A stretch of 64,000 nucleotides of DNA, from NCBI RefSeq assembly GCF_964213995.1, contig NW_027590123.1, forward strand, positions 310,001 to 374,000, in the 5' to 3' direction. The stretch comes from Mustelus asterias. Lineage: Eukaryota. Every line of letters starts with the position of its first letter. Position 1 is the stretch's first letter. The translations under genes were made by a program, and so were the position numbers. Below are positions 23,511 to 36,589 of the stretch, piece by piece. The notes beneath the pieces were generated by a model. The model worked only from the letters and a program-made list of their open reading frames with translations. It searched no databases and was not told where the DNA came from.

Positions 23511-24759
23511 CTCTGCTGTGAATGGTGTGATGTTTCTTTCAGGCTGTGTAACTGGTTAAAGCTCTTTCCAGTCAGTTCACTCTCACTCAGGTCTGCGTCT
23601 CGGTGCTTTTCCAGTCACACTGATGTTTGAAATTGTTCCCCACCGCCAGAACAGACAAACATTTCTCCTTCCACATTTAAAGGTCGATGGTATTCAGGTT
23701 CTGATGAATTGAGTGACTCTGTCAGATCTTGATGTGATGTTTGGTTTCCATTTCCCATCTGCAAATTCATCACCCTTGTGGACCTTGTAAAAGACATTGA
23801 CAGAGTCAGTATCATTGTCAGCACAGGATAGAAATTCAGAACAAACAATTCTAGTTTCCATGGAATATTATATCAAATCTTGTTTCCCCAAATCTTGTGG
23901 TCCAATCGAACTTTCATCTGAACTAAACCAGAACTTTGTTTCCAGTGTTTGTGAGACACTCTGTACCCTGAGTTGTGGAAGATATCGAGTGTTCCAGTCA
24001 ACACTGTCTGCTCCCTCTCCAGGACCACACGAGCACGGACAAGAAAGTTAAAGTTTATTTTTATTAGTCACAGGTAAGGCTTGCAGCAACACTGTAATGA
24101 AGTTACTGTGAAACCACAGAAGAGGGGCCCACAGCCAAGTTACCCTCTGCTGAACTACAAATTACTGTTTTAACCAGCCCCAAGAGCAGATCCAGGAAAA
24201 GATCCTCTGCCCTCCCCAGTCTCCTTCACTGGAGCATGGGGCAGAACAGAAGTGTAACTAAAAGTGGAGAAGCAGCTCCTTCAGGGGTTGCAATCTCTCA
24301 CACTGAATATGTACATGGCTCATGGATTTCTCGAGTCTGCAAATTAATTTAAAGAGGAGAAAAAACAGTGATAAACACAAAGGCAGGTTGTGAAATTGAG
24401 CTGAATGAATTTGGTAATTTGTGGAGCCGGCACAAGGAAGAAGTGACTCCGGAAGCTGCTGGATTGTGATTAAAAACCCAAATGGTTTGTTAATGTCCTT
24501 CAATTCAGGAAACCTGCCACCCATCCAGATCTACACAAGAATTCAGCCTCAATGGGAGGAGAAAGATAGAGATGAAACAGGGAGGGAATGAATGGTAAGG
24601 ACTTTATACATCTACAACTGGACAAGAACTGACAGAACCTGCCAAACCACAACCTTCACCAACTCAAAGGATGCAGGAAAACTATCACCTCCAAATGTCG
24701 TTTTCAATCTAAAATCTTAAAACAACTTGTAATCCTGAAGTAACCTGCATCCTCCTGCA

Positions 24760-24952
24760 TTTAAGGGGCAATTTAGCGTAGCCAATCCACCTAACCTGTA
24801 CACCTTGGGGGTGTGGGAGGAAACCGGAGCACCTGAAGGAAACTCATGCAGTCACAGAGAGAATGTGCAAACTCCACACAGTCACCCAAAGCTGGAATCG
24901 AACCTGGATCCCTGGTGCTGTGAGACAGCAGTGTTGACCACTGTGCCACCCT
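24760..24952 (-). mobile_element. HE1 SINE 5' half
   Basis: gtgggaggaaaccggagcacc..aatgtgcaaactccacacag..ccactgtgccacc. Confidence 0.8.
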
Positions 24953-25879
24953 GTGCCACTGTACTGTGTTGCTCGGAAATACGTTTTAGGATTTTGGCCG
25001 AGTGATAGTGAAGGCAGAGCAGTAAACTACCAAGTCAGAATAGTGTGTGATTCTGAAGAGTAAATGCAGGTAGTGGGGTTTCTGTGCACAAACTGCCCTT
25101 ATCCATGTTGGGGAAGAGGTGTGTAGTTTTGGAAGCTGCTGTCAAAGGAGGTTTAGCCAATTGCTGATAATTCTAGTAATGTCCATGTTCCAGTAATTAA
25201 TTTGAAAATTTTCCAAATGTAAATTTAATGAAAATCCCCGACAGAACTACTTTTTCCTTACTTGAAACACAGCTTTAAATGGTCCGTTTGTTTCCAGATT
25301 CAGTTCCATGAGCAACGCCTTCAACTAAACAAAATGAAAACACTGCAGCTGCTGGAAATCTGAAATGAAAAGAGAAAACGTTGGAAATACTCATCAGGTT
25401 AGACAGCATCTATGGAGACAGAAACAAAGTTTGCAGTCACTGATGCTCCTCTAATGAAACACATACCAATAGCTGCTGTTTAACGGGGCCGTGGATCCCA
25501 CAATCCCCTGTGCCCCAGAAACAGCTCTATCCATCACACACATTTCCCATTATGACACTTCTATGTCAAGAGGGCAAGCTGTTTAAAAGTCATTAAGTTC
25601 CATTTTTGCGTGTTGATGTTCATTAAAGATACGGATCGACTTCCTCCTCATTATGTATCAATTTCAGATACTTTGGTCGAGAATTTCCATTCCCTTACTT
25701 TCTGATGGATAATGGATGCCTTGAGTACTTAGATTACAGTATAATTTGATTCCTAATGTTATTGACTGCACCCCTATCCCTAATTTTTACATCGCAGCAA
25801 AAAAAGCTCACTGTTCACAAATGAGCATTTCGATGGCGTGCGCTTTACCCACCATTCCTCGCGGTGGGGAATGTCCCCT

Positions 25880-26255
25880 ATCCCCAGCACAGGAGAGTTG
25901 TGCATGCGCAGTGAAACAGTGTTTGACGCATGCGCAGCGTGGATGATGGCAATGGGGAGAGACATTCGTCTGTCTCATCAGCAACCGGTAAGGATGCGGA
26001 TACATGGAGGGATGATTGGAACCGGCAGATGGACGGAGAGGGTTTCTAAATATCTGGTGAAGATCTCAAACCTCTAATAGTAATCCGCAGGTCCCGTGTT
26101 TGCAGCTTCAGGCCTTTTTCCCGGGACGAGGCTCAGGTTAAGAGCCACCATCTTGATTCAGCAGGGAGCGGAGCGCATGCGCTGGGATCTTAGTGACGCA
26201 ACAGTGAGTGGGAGGGGCTTCGGCGTTTTCTGCTCCCAACTGGGTCCTAGTGACC
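25880..26255. promoter_or_regulatory. CpG-containing promoter P3 between divergent ZNF-4 and ZNF-5
   Basis: Three NRF1-like GCATGCGC sites, YY1-like ccatcttg, and position between a minus-strand and a plus-strand ZNF gene. Confidence 0.55.
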
Positions 26256-28340
26256 GGATCGCACAGCAAACTGAGCAACAGGTTTTAAACAGCTTCATCC
26301 CACTCTCAGGCTCCAGCTGATGTTTGCAGCCGAGAGAAGTCTGTGGGCAATGTACATAGTCCAGAAGTTGTTTTTTCCTGTTTGGCGCAAGAGTGGTACG
26401 GGAATTGTGGCCAAGCCATGGCTTACAAGGGAAATTAGAGGTAGTATCAGATTCAAGGAAGAAGCATACAAATCGGCAAGAAAAAGCAATAGATCCGAGG
26501 ATTGGGAACAGTTTAAAATTCAGCAAAGGAGGACCAAGGGATTGATTAAGGGAAAAATGGAGTATGAAAGTAAGGTAGCAGGGAATAGAAAAACTGACTG
26601 TAAAAGTTTCTATAGATATGTAAAAGATTGACAAAAACAAATGTTAGAAATGGGAGAATTCATAATGGGGAATAAAGAAATGGCTGAGGAATTAAATTGG
26701 TACTTTGCTTCAGTCTTCACAAAGGAAGACATGAATAATATACCAGATGGGCTGAGAGAAACATATTTTAGTCAGGGGCTGAAGGAAATCAGCATCAGTT
26801 GAGAAGTTTTTGGGGAAAGTGATGGGATTGAAGGTGGATAAATCTCCAGGTCCAGATAAGCTTCATCCCAGAGTACTTAAGGAAGTGGTCCTGGAAATAG
26901 TAGATACATTGGTGGTTATTTTCCCAAATTCTTTGGAATCGGTAATAGTTCCGACAGATTGGAGGGTAGCTAATGTAAACCCACTATTCAAAAAGGGAGG
27001 GAGAGAGAAAACAGGGAACTATAGACAAGTGAGCCTAACATTGGTACTGGGGAAGTTGCTGGTGTCTATTATCAAGGATTTCACAACTCGGCATTTGGAA
27101 GGCAGTGGTATAATCAGACAAAGACAGCATGGATTTACAAAAGGGAAATCATGCTTGACGAATCTATTGGAATTTTGTAAGGATGTAAGTAATAGAGTTG
27201 ACCGAGGAGAACCAGTGGATGTGGTTTATTTAGACTTTCAGAAGGCTTTCGACAAGGTCTCACATAACAGACTGCTATGTAAAGTTAAAGGACATGGGAT
27301 TGCAGGTAATGTCTTGAGATGGATAGAAAGCTGGTTAGCAGATAAGAAGCGAAGAGTTGGCATAAATGAGTCTTTTTCTGATTGGCAGTCAGTGACTAGT
27401 GGGGTTTGGCAGGGATATGTGCTTGGACCCCAACTCTTCACATTATATATTAATGATTTGGAAGAGGGAACGGAATGTATTATTTCCAAATTTGCAGATA
27501 ATACAAAGTTGGGTGGGAGGGTGAGCTGTGAGGAGGCTGCAGAGATGCTTTAGCGTGATTTGGACAGGCTGAGTGTGTGGGCATCTGCATGGCAGATGCA
27601 GTATAATGTGGATAAATGTGAGATTATCCACTTTGGTAGCAATAATAGGAAGACAGATTATTACTTGAATAGGTGTAAATTGAGGGAGGGGTATACTCAA
27701 CAAGATGTTGGATTCCTCGTGCATCAGTCGCTGAAAGTAAGCATGCAGGTACAGCAGGCAGTAAAGAAGGCAAATGATCTGTAGGCCTTCATAGCAAGAG
27801 GATTTGAGTATAGGGATAGGGATGTTTTGCTGCAGTTCTATAGGGCGTTGGTGAGGCCACACCTGGAGTATTGTGTACAGTTTTGGTGTCCTTATCTGAG
27901 GAAGGATGTCCTTGTTATAGAGGGAGTACAGCGAAGGTTTACCAGGCTGATTCCTGGGATGGCAAGTCAGTCATATGAGGAGAAACTAAATCGGTTAGGA
28001 TTATATTCACTGGAGTTTGGAAGAGTGGGATCTCATAGAAACTTAAAAATTCTAACAGGGTTAGACAGGGTAGATACAGGAAGAATGTTCCCAATGGTGG
28101 GGGGAGTCCAGAACTCGGGGTCATAGTTTGAGGATAAGGGGTAAACCTTTTAGAACTGAGGTGAGGAGAAATTTCTTCATCCAGAGGGTGATGAATGTGT
28201 GGAATTCACTGCCACAGAATATAGATCAAGGGATATGGGGGAACGGGAGTGGGGGGGTGGGATTAGGATATTGAATTTGATGATCAACCATGACCATAAT
28301 GAATGGCGGAGCAAGCTCGAAGGGCTGAATGACCTACCCC
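26255..28340 (+). mobile_element. CR1 LINE ORF2 fragment (RT), disrupted
   Basis: KSPGPD, WRVANVNPLFKKG, QHGFTKGKSCLTNLLEF, YLDFQKAFDKV, SKFADNTK and RPHLEYCVQFW, with several stops and frameshifts. Confidence 0.92.
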
Positions 28341-28432
28341 CACTTCTAGATTCTATGTTTCAGTGAGAGAAGTTGCCTGAAGCGGTGGCAAAGAATTTGG
28401 TTACACTTCAGCCCCAGGCTCCTCATGTTTAC

Positions 28433-28830
28433 ATAGAAACATACTAGAAAATATAAGTAGGGAGGAGGCCACTCGGCCCTTCGAGCCTGCTCCGCTGTTC
28501 ATTCTGGTCATGGCTGATCATCAAATTTAATATCGTAATCCCGCCTCCCCCCACCCCCACCCCCCGTATCCCTTGATCCCCAAGACATGTATCTAATTCC
28601 TTATTGAAATCAGACTCTACTTCTACTTTTGAGGAAGGGACTTCCGAAGATTCAAGACTCTGAATGAAATAAAATCTTCTCATCTCTGTCTTCAATGGGC
28701 AACACTGCTTTTTAAACAGTGACCCCCAGATTCTCCCATAAGAGTAAACATCCTCTCCACATCCAAGACCTTTCAGAATCTTGAAGGTTTAAATTAAATT
28801 GCCTCTTACTCTCTTAAAGTCGAGCAGAAG
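28433..28830 (-). mobile_element. CR1 3' fragments
   Basis: acatagaaacatactagaaa tail and ggcccttcgagcctgctccgc. Confidence 0.75.
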
Positions 28831-28872
28831 CTAAACTTGAGCAGAGAATGTCTCTGGTGTTATTATGTGGTC

Positions 28873-29012
28873 ATGATGTGGAGATGCCAGCGTTGGACTG
28901 GGATAAACACAGTAACAGTTTTAACAACACCAGGTTAAAGTCCAACAGGTTTATTTGGTAGCAAATACCATTAGCTTTCGGAGCGCTGCTCCTTCGTCAG
29001 ATGGAGTGGAAA
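28873..29012 (-). mobile_element. PLE family A pLTR end with intact hammerhead motif (28968-29004, minus strand)
   Basis: Minus strand reads ccat CTGACGA a ggagc-agc-gctcc GAAA gcta atgg, followed by the pLTR end and tail. Confidence 0.8.
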
Positions 29013-29404
29013 TCAGATTTTCCAGTCATAGAGTCATTCCAGCACAGAAGGAGTCCATTGGATAACTCGAGTCCATACTGACTCTCACTGTAACTTCATA
29101 GTTTTTCACAGTTTTTTTGTGATTTTCACAGTGAGTTCATTGCAGTGTTAATGTCAGCATGCTTGTGACACGAACTAATAAATTATCAAAAGTAAACTAT
29201 AAATCCTCTGTCGCGCAATTCTGTCAGTCTGGAGTGGGTCCCATTCTGTAACCCTGCAGCACCCATCCAATCTCATTTAGAAATTATTGATCATCTCTGC
29301 TTGACTACCCCCACAGGCAGCAAGTTCAAGATCATAATTAATCACAACCCCCTGTATCTTAACCAACTGGAGCCATCCGATCCATTAAATATATTTTTAG
29401 TTCA

Positions 29405-30262
29405 GTCATAGCAGAGATATTTGTATCATCGATAGTCACAGGTGAGGTGCCTGAAGGTTGGAGAGTGGCAAATGTTGTGCCTTTGTTTGAAAAGGGCTGC
29501 AGGGAAAAGCCTGGGAACTGCAGGCCGGTGAGCCTCACATCTGTGGTGGGTAAGTTGTTGGAAGGTATTTTGAGAGACAGGATCTACAGGCATTTAGAGA
29601 TGCAATGACTGATTAGGGACAGTCAGCATGGCTTTGTGAGTGGTGAAGAAGGCATTCAGCGTGCTTGGTTTCATTGGTCACAACATTGAATACAGGAGTT
29701 GGGATGTCTTGTTGAAGTTGTACAAAACATTGGTAAGGCCACACTTGGAATGCTGTGTACAGTTCTGGTCACCCTATTATAGAAAGGATATTATTAAACC
29801 AGAAAGAGTGCAGAAAATAATTATTAGGATGCTACTGGGACTTGATGGTTTGAGTTATAAGGAGAGGCTGGATGGACTGGAACTTTTTTGTCTGGAGTGT
29901 CGGAGGCTTAGGGGTGATCTTATAGAGGTCTATAAAATAATGAGGGGCATAGATCAGCTAGATAGTCAATATCTTTTCCCAAAGTAGGGGAGTCTAAAAC
30001 TAGAGGGCATAGGTTTAAGGTGAGAGGGGCAATTTTTTCATACAGAGAATGGTGAGTGTCTTGAACAAGCTGCCAGAGGTAGTAGTAGAGGCGGGTACAA
30101 TTTTGATTTTTAAAAAGCATTTAGACAGTTACATGGGTACGATGGGTATGGAGGGATATGGGCCAAATGCGGGCAATTGGGACTAGCTTAGGGGTTAAAA
30201 AAAAAGGCGGCATGGACAAATTGGGCCGAAGGGCCTGTTTCCATGCTGTAAACCTCTATGAC
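29405..30262 (+). mobile_element. CR1 LINE fragment with a large internal deletion at about 29640
   Basis: QHGFV is joined directly to VVKKAFSVLGFI..RPHLECCVQFWSP, followed by the 3' tail. Confidence 0.85.
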
Positions 30263-30910
30263 TCTCGAGACTGTCTGGCAGCCTGCATGGAGATTTTCAG
30301 CTCTCTGTGTCCAGGACAGGAAGCAGTGAGCATGGATCTGTCAATCAGCCTCAATCAGCACCTTCAGGAGAATTGGGAGGGTGAATATTAGATACAGCAG
30401 AGTGAGAATGGAGGGAGAGTGTGTGGGATGGAGATTCACAGCTTTTGGGGAATGAGAGAGGAAAGAATGTTCCATAGAAACGAGAATTGTCTGTTCTGAA
30501 TTTCTATCCTGTATTGACAGTGATGACTTTTGTAAACTCCTTTTACAGGCTATCAGAAGGTGAGGATTTACAGACAGAAATCTTAAACCAAACGTCACAT
30601 CAACATCTGACAGAGTCACTCAATTCAACGGGACCTGAATATCATCGGCCTTTGAATCTAGAAGGAGAAATGTTTTTCTGTTCTGTCTGCTTCAGGAGAT
30701 TTTAAACATCAGTGTGACTGGAAAAGCACCGAGACACACACACACCAGAGTGAGAGTGTTCCAGTGCACTGCGTGTGGAAAACGCTTCAGTTGCACAGCC
30801 TGAAAGAACATCGCAGCATTCACAGCGGGGAGAGACTGTACCCGTGTTCTGTGTATGGATGAGGTTTCAACTGATTGTCCGACCTGGAGAGTCACAAGGA
30901 CACCTGCACC

Positions 30911-31501
30911 ATGGAGAAACGGTGGAAATGTGGGGACTGTGGGAAGGGATTTAGATACCCTTCTCACCTGGAAACTCATCGACGCAGTCACACTGGGGAG
31001 AGACCGTTCACCTGTTCTCAGTGTGGGAATGGATTCAGTCGATTATCCACCCTGCAGACACACCAGAGAGTTCACAATGAGGAAAGGCCATTCATCTGCT
31101 TTCATTGTGGGAAGAGATTCACTCAGTCATCCGCCCTGCAGACACACCAGCGAGTTCACAATGAGGAGAGACCATTCATCTGCTCTCAGTGTGGGAAGGG
31201 ATTCAGTCAGTCATCCAGCCTGCAGACACACCAGCGAGTTCACACGAGGGAGAGGCCGTTTACCTGCTCTCTGTGTGGGAAGGGATTCACTCAGTTATCC
31301 CATCTGAAGACACACCAACGGTTTCACACTGGGGAGAGGCCGTTCACCTGCCCTCAGTGCGAGAAGGGATTTGCTCAGTTATCCACTCTTCAGACACACC
31401 AGCGAGTTCACACCAAGGAGACACCGTTCACCTGCTCTCAGTGTGGGAAAGGATTCACTCAGTTATCCAACCTGCGGAGACACCAGCGAGTTCACATGTG
31501 A
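30911..31501 (+). CDS. ZNF-5: C2H2 zinc-finger protein, 7 fingers
   Basis: ORF 30875..31501 with ATG at 30911 (accATGG). Acceptor ttttacag at 30541-30548. Confidence 0.9.
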   Translation: MEKRWKCGDCGKGFRYPSHLETHRRSHTGERPFTCSQCGNGFSRLSTLQTHQRVHNEERPFICFHCGKRFTQSSALQTHQRVHNEERPFICSQCGKGFSQSSSLQTHQRVHTRERPFTCSLCGKGFTQLSHLKTHQRFHTGERPFTCPQCEKGFAQLSTLQTHQRVHTKETPFTCSQCGKGFTQLSNLRRHQRVHM

Positions 31502-31789
31502 TTCCAGGGGTTGGATTCTGCTGTTATTGTTTCTGCTCTCAATTACATCCAGGACTGCATTTTGTTCATTCTCACAGTTGGTCAATGGGGAGGGTCGGAG
31601 GGTTTCTTTCTGCTGGACTGGCCGGTCTCACCACTTTGCCTCCAGTGGGCTGATAATCTTTTAACCTTGTTGCGAATATCTGGCTTTGGATTTCTCAAGG
31701 ATCACAGAGTGAAAGAGCGTTAGGAAGTTAAAAGATATTTTGTTCACAATTATGTTTGGAAGCCTCGCAAAGCACGCAGAGGGAGTAGT

Positions 31790-33385
31790 GAGCATGAGGA
31801 ACTGAAAGAGATTAGTATTCGTGAAAAAGTAGCACTGGAGAAATTAATGGGGTTGGAAGTGAATAAATCCCCAAAAAGCTGCTGATCTACATCCCAGAGT
31901 GTTGGAAGAGGTGGCTGTGGAGATAGTGGATACATTGGTGGTCATCTTTCCAAATTCTATAGATTGTGGAATGGTTGCTGCAGATTGGAAGGTGGTAAAT
32001 GAAACCCCACTGTTTAAGGAGGGAGAGAGAAAACGGGGAACCACAGACCCATCAGCCTGACATCAGCCGGAGGGAAAATGCTACAATCTATTGTACAGGA
32101 TGTGATAACAGATGAATATGCACATTCAGAACAGGGGTACGTCCCTCGAGCCTGCTCCACCATTCAATACGTGCACAGCTGATCTGATTGTAACCTCAAC
32201 TTCACATTCCCACCGACCCCCCGATAACCTTTCGCTCCCTTGCTTATTAAGAATCTATCCAGCTCTGCCATCAAAAGATTCAGAGACTCTGCGTCCACTG
32301 CCCTTTGAGAAAGAGAGTTCCAGACATTCAGACCCTCTGAGAGGAAGACGTTCTCCTGTTATTTGTTTCAATCAAGCCGCCTCTTACTCTTCTAAACTCC
32401 AGTCGATACAAGTCCAGCCTGTCCAATCATTCCTCATTAGACAAACCAGCCATTTCAGGTATTAGTCCAGTAAACCTTCTCTGAGCTGTTTCCAATGTGT
32501 TTACATCTTTCCTAAATGAGAGCCATACTGTACACAGTACTCCAGATGGTTTCACCAATATCCTGTATAACTGAAGCATAATCTCCCTACTTTTTTATTC
32601 AATTCCCTTCGCAATAAACAGCAACATTCCATTAGCTTTCCCAATTCCCTGCTGAACCTGTATACCGGCCTTGTGTGATTCATGCACTGGGACACCCAGA
32701 TCCCTCTGCAATCCCAGCTCTGCAATCTCACACCATTTAAATGATAAGCTTCTCTTTTTATTCTTCCTGCCAAAATGGATGATTTGACTTTTTGCCACAT
32801 TATATTCCATTTGGAAGATCTTTGCCCCGGTCTTAACATGTCTATATATTTTTGTAACCAAAAAGAGAAGATGCTGGAAAATCTCAGCAGGCCTGGCAGC
32901 ATCTGTAAGGAGAGGAAAGAGCTGACGTTTCAAGTCCAGACGGCCCTTTGTTAAAGCTAAAAGGCAGAGAAAGTGGGAGATGTTTATACTGCCGGGTGAG
33001 GGAATTAAAAATAAATCATAGCCACAGAAACCAGGGGAAAAGACTGCTCATTGCTGTCCACAGAGAGAATAAAGGGTTTGAATGGCCAAAAGACAGAGAA
33101 GCTAAAATGAACATGTTTGGGAGTCGGGGGGGGGGGGGGGGGGGGGGGCGTGGTGGATGGAATGAATGGGATGAGGTAAGATTTAGCAAAGAGGGAGAAA
33201 AGGTCAGGGAAGGGGAATAAAGTAGGGAGAAAGAGTGGGAGGGAGGAAGAAAAATGAAGAAACACAATCAAGAAATAAAAATATACATTTTTGTAGTCTC
33301 CTTATGTCGTCTTCACAACTTTCCTACCTATCTTTATGCCATTAGCAAATTTAGCAACCATCCCCTCAGTCCTTTCACCTCAGTC
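31790..33385. mobile_element. Mixed CR1 fragments (plus 31790-32110; minus 32125-32850 and 33290-33385) with a PLE family B piece (about 32858-33280)
   Basis: CR1 RT motifs on both strands. gatgctggaaaatctcagcaggcctggcagcatctg marks the family B pLTR. Confidence 0.7.
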
Positions 33386-33391
33386 TAAGGG

Positions 33392-35470
33392 CTATAATGG
33401 GTCACGAGAAAGCATTGGGCAGCAGGATTAAGGAAAATCCCAAGGCTTTTTATACATATATAAAGAGCAACAGGGAGAGGGTTGGTCCACTCAAGGACAG
33501 TGGAGGGAATCTGCGTGGAGCCAGAGGAAATGGCGATGTATTAAATGAGTACTTTGCGTCTGTATTCATCAAAGAGAAGGACTTGGTGGATGATGAGTCT
33601 GGGAAAGGGTGTGTGGATAGTTTGAGTCATGTTGAGATCAAAAAGGAGGTGGTATTGGGGTTCTTGAGAAACATTAAGGTAGACAAGTCCCCAGGGCCTG
33701 ATGGGATATACCCCAGAATACTGAGAGAGGCAAGGGAGGAAATTGCTGGGGCCTTGAGAGAAATCTTTGTATCATCACTGGCTACAGAGGAGGTAAACAC
33801 AGTAAGAAGTTTAACAACACCACGTTAAAGTCCAACACGTTTATGTGGTAGCAAATGCCACTAGCTTTCGGAGCGCTGCCCCTTCGTCAGGTGGACTTGC
33901 AAAATCTCACTCGCTCTCCTGTCTGGAGACAATACACATCTCTTTAAGCTGTGCTTAATGCTCTCTCCACTCACAGTGTCTGTATCTTTAAGACTTGATT
34001 AGCTGTATTAGCATTCCAATCATTATTCTGTAAATTGAGTTGGTGTCTCTGTATGTCCTGTTTGTGAGCACATCTCCCACTCCACCTGACGAAGGGGCAG
34101 CGCTCCGAAATCTAGTGGCATTTGCTACCAAATAAACCTGTTGGACTTTACACTGGTGTTGTTAGACTTCTTACTGTGTTTAGCCCAGTCCAACACCGGC
34201 ATCTCCACAAACAGAGGAGGTCCCAGAGGATTGGAGAATAGCCAATATTGTTCCTTTGTTTAAGAAGCGTAGCAAGAACAATCCAGGTAATTACAGGCTG
34301 GTGAGCATTACATCAGTGGTAGGGAAATTATTGGAGTGGATTCTTCAAGATAGGATTTATTCCCACTTGGAAACAGATGTATTAGCAAGAGACAACATGG
34401 TTTTGTGAAGGGGAGGTCGTGTCTCATTAAATTGATTGAGTTTTTTGAGGAAGTGACGAAGATGATTGATGAGGGTAGGGCAATGGATGTTCTCTACATG
34501 GATTTCAGTAAGGCCTTTGACAAGGTCCCTCAAAATGTAACTGGTTTGATTAGTAAGTTTGCAGACGACTCAAAGGTTGATGGATTTGCAGATAGTGATG
34601 AGGACCATCAGAGGATACAGCAGGATATAGATCGGTTGGAGACTTGGGCGGAGAGATGGCAGATGGAGTTTAATCTGGACAAATGTGAGGTAATGCATTT
34701 TGGAAGGTCTAACACAGATAGGAAATATACAGTAAATGGCAGAACCCTTTAGAGCATTGATAGGCAGAGGGATCTGGGTGTACAGGTACACAGGTCACTG
34801 AAAGTGGCAATGCAGGTGGAGAATGTAGTCAAGAAGACATACAGCATGCTTGCCTTCATCGGCCGGGGTATTGAGTTTAAAAATTGGCAAGTCATGTTGC
34901 AGCTTTATAGAACCTTAGTTAGGCCGCACTTGGAATATAGTGTTCAATTCCCGTTGTCACACTCCCAGAGAATGTGTAGGCTTGGAGAGGGTGCAGAAAA
35001 GATTTACCAGGATGTTGCCTGGTATGGAGGGCATTAGCTATGAGGAGAGGTTGGAGAAACTTGGTTTGTTCTCACTGGAATGACAGAGGTTGAGGGGCGA
35101 CCTGATAGAAGTCTACAAGATTATGAGAGGCATAGAGAGAGTGGATAGTCAGAAGCTTTTTCCCAGGGTGGAAGACCCAATTACTAGGGGGCACAGGTTT
35201 AAGGTGCGAGGGGCAAGATTTAAAGGAGATGTACAAGGCAGGTTTTTTTTACACAGAGGGTGGTGAGTGCCTGGAACTCGCTGCCGGGGGAGGTAGTGGA
35301 AGCAGATACGATAGTGACTTTTAAGGGGCGTCTTTACAAATACATGAATAGGATGTGAATGGAGAGATATGGCCCCCGGAAGGTAGGGGTTTTAGTTAGG
35401 TCAGGCAGCATGGTCAGTGCAGGCTTGGAGGGCCGAAGGACCTGTTCCTGTGCTGTAATTTTCTTTGTTC
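33392..35470 (+). mobile_element. CR1 LINE ORF2 fragment with a nested PLE and an internal deletion
   Basis: RIKENPKAFYTYIK, KSPGPDGIYPRIL, YMDFSKAFDKVP and SKFADDSK motifs plus tail. Confidence 0.9.
33793..34210. mobile_element. Fold-back non-autonomous PLE with hammerhead motifs on both strands (33858-33894 minus; 34082-34118 plus)
   Basis: Arms of about 100 bp are inverted. acagaggaggt is duplicated on both flanks. Minus-arm core is ccac CTGACGA a ggggc-agc-gctcc GAAA gcta gtgg; the plus arm has tcta. Confidence 0.88.
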
Positions 35471-35621
35471 TTTGTAAGTCATCTATATCAATTGTAAAAT
35501 GTTGGAGTCCCAGCACTATACCCTGTGACAGCTCTCATTACATTTTGACAACCAGAAAATGACCTACATATGCCGAGTGTTTCCTGCTAGCTAGCCAATC
35601 TTCTATCCAAGCCAATATGAT

Positions 35622-35920
35622 GGGGCGACACGGTAGCACAGTGGTTAGCACTGCTGCTTCACAGCTCCAGGGACCTGGGTTTGATCCCGGCTCGGGTCAC
35701 GTGGAGTTTGCACATTCTCCTCGTGTCTGCGTGGGTTTCCTCTGGGTGCTCCGGTTTCCTCCCACAGTCCAAAGATGTGCGGGTTAGATTGATTGGCCAT
35801 GCTAAAATTGCCCCTTAATGTCCTAAAATGCATAGGTTAGAGGGATTGGGTGGGATTGTGGTTGGTGCAGACTCGATGGGCCGAATGGCCTCTTTCTGCA
35901 CTGTGGGGATTCTGTGATTG
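35622..35920 (+). mobile_element. HE1 SINE
   Basis: Same head, central domain and tail as 7431-7776. Confidence 0.88.
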
Positions 35921-36199
35921 TATGTTATCCCCACAGCTTTTATTTGTTGCAATAACCTTTGATGTTGTACCTTATCAAATGCTTTCTGGAAATCTAAGTG
36001 CATTAAAATGTACTTTAGGGAAGGAAATCTGCCATACTTACTGGGCCTGTTCTACATGTGACTCGAGAGCCACAGCAATGTGTTTGACTCGCAAATGTCC
36101 TCCAAGGATATCAAGGAATGGGCAGTAAATGTTACCCCAATAAATGTTGCCCAGCCAGGGACGTGTCCCATGAATGAATAAAAATATGTGGAATGTACA

Positions 36200-36580
36200 G
36201 ACTGGGGAACAATGGGTGGGGGCGGGGCTCCCGGGTCCGCGCGCCTGAACCCGGAGACGTCACCGCGAAGCAGAGTGATTGCCATTGGCTGATTCAGGCA
36301 GGGCTCCATTGTGCTGTCACAATGACTCAGAGGGGCGTTCCCAGCACACACTGTCCCATTGGCAGCAATGTCACTGGTTACAGAAGCAAAACACTGCGGA
36401 TTGGACACCAGCTCAGCGCGGCTGGCGGTCAAAGCCCCGCCCACCCCCACGTGGGCTCAGGTTCCACCCTCTCATTGTCTATATGCGGCAGATTGACCAA
36501 TGGCAACGTGTGGAGGACCGGATGGACGCTGGTCCTCCAGCCAATCAGAGTCCGGGCCTTGTATCAATGACCGCGTGGAG
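36200..36580. promoter_or_regulatory. CpG promoter P4, probably driving ZNF-6
   Basis: 36204-36325 is colinear with 10630-10760. Contains GC boxes, gacgtca, CACGTG and several CCAAT/ATTGG boxes. Confidence 0.6.
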
Positions 36581-36589
36581 CTTCCTGTG

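Noticed and set aside
30510-30550. C/D-box snoRNA suggested by gtgatga in the conserved intron end
   Set aside because: The motif lies only about 20 nt from the 3' splice site next to the branch-point-like sequence, has no intronic D box, and is not kept in all paralogs.
33126-33148. Poly-G run (also 57829-57846) as a functional G-quadruplex
   Set aside because: Simple homopolymers inside decayed repeats, and their length is prone to sequencing error.
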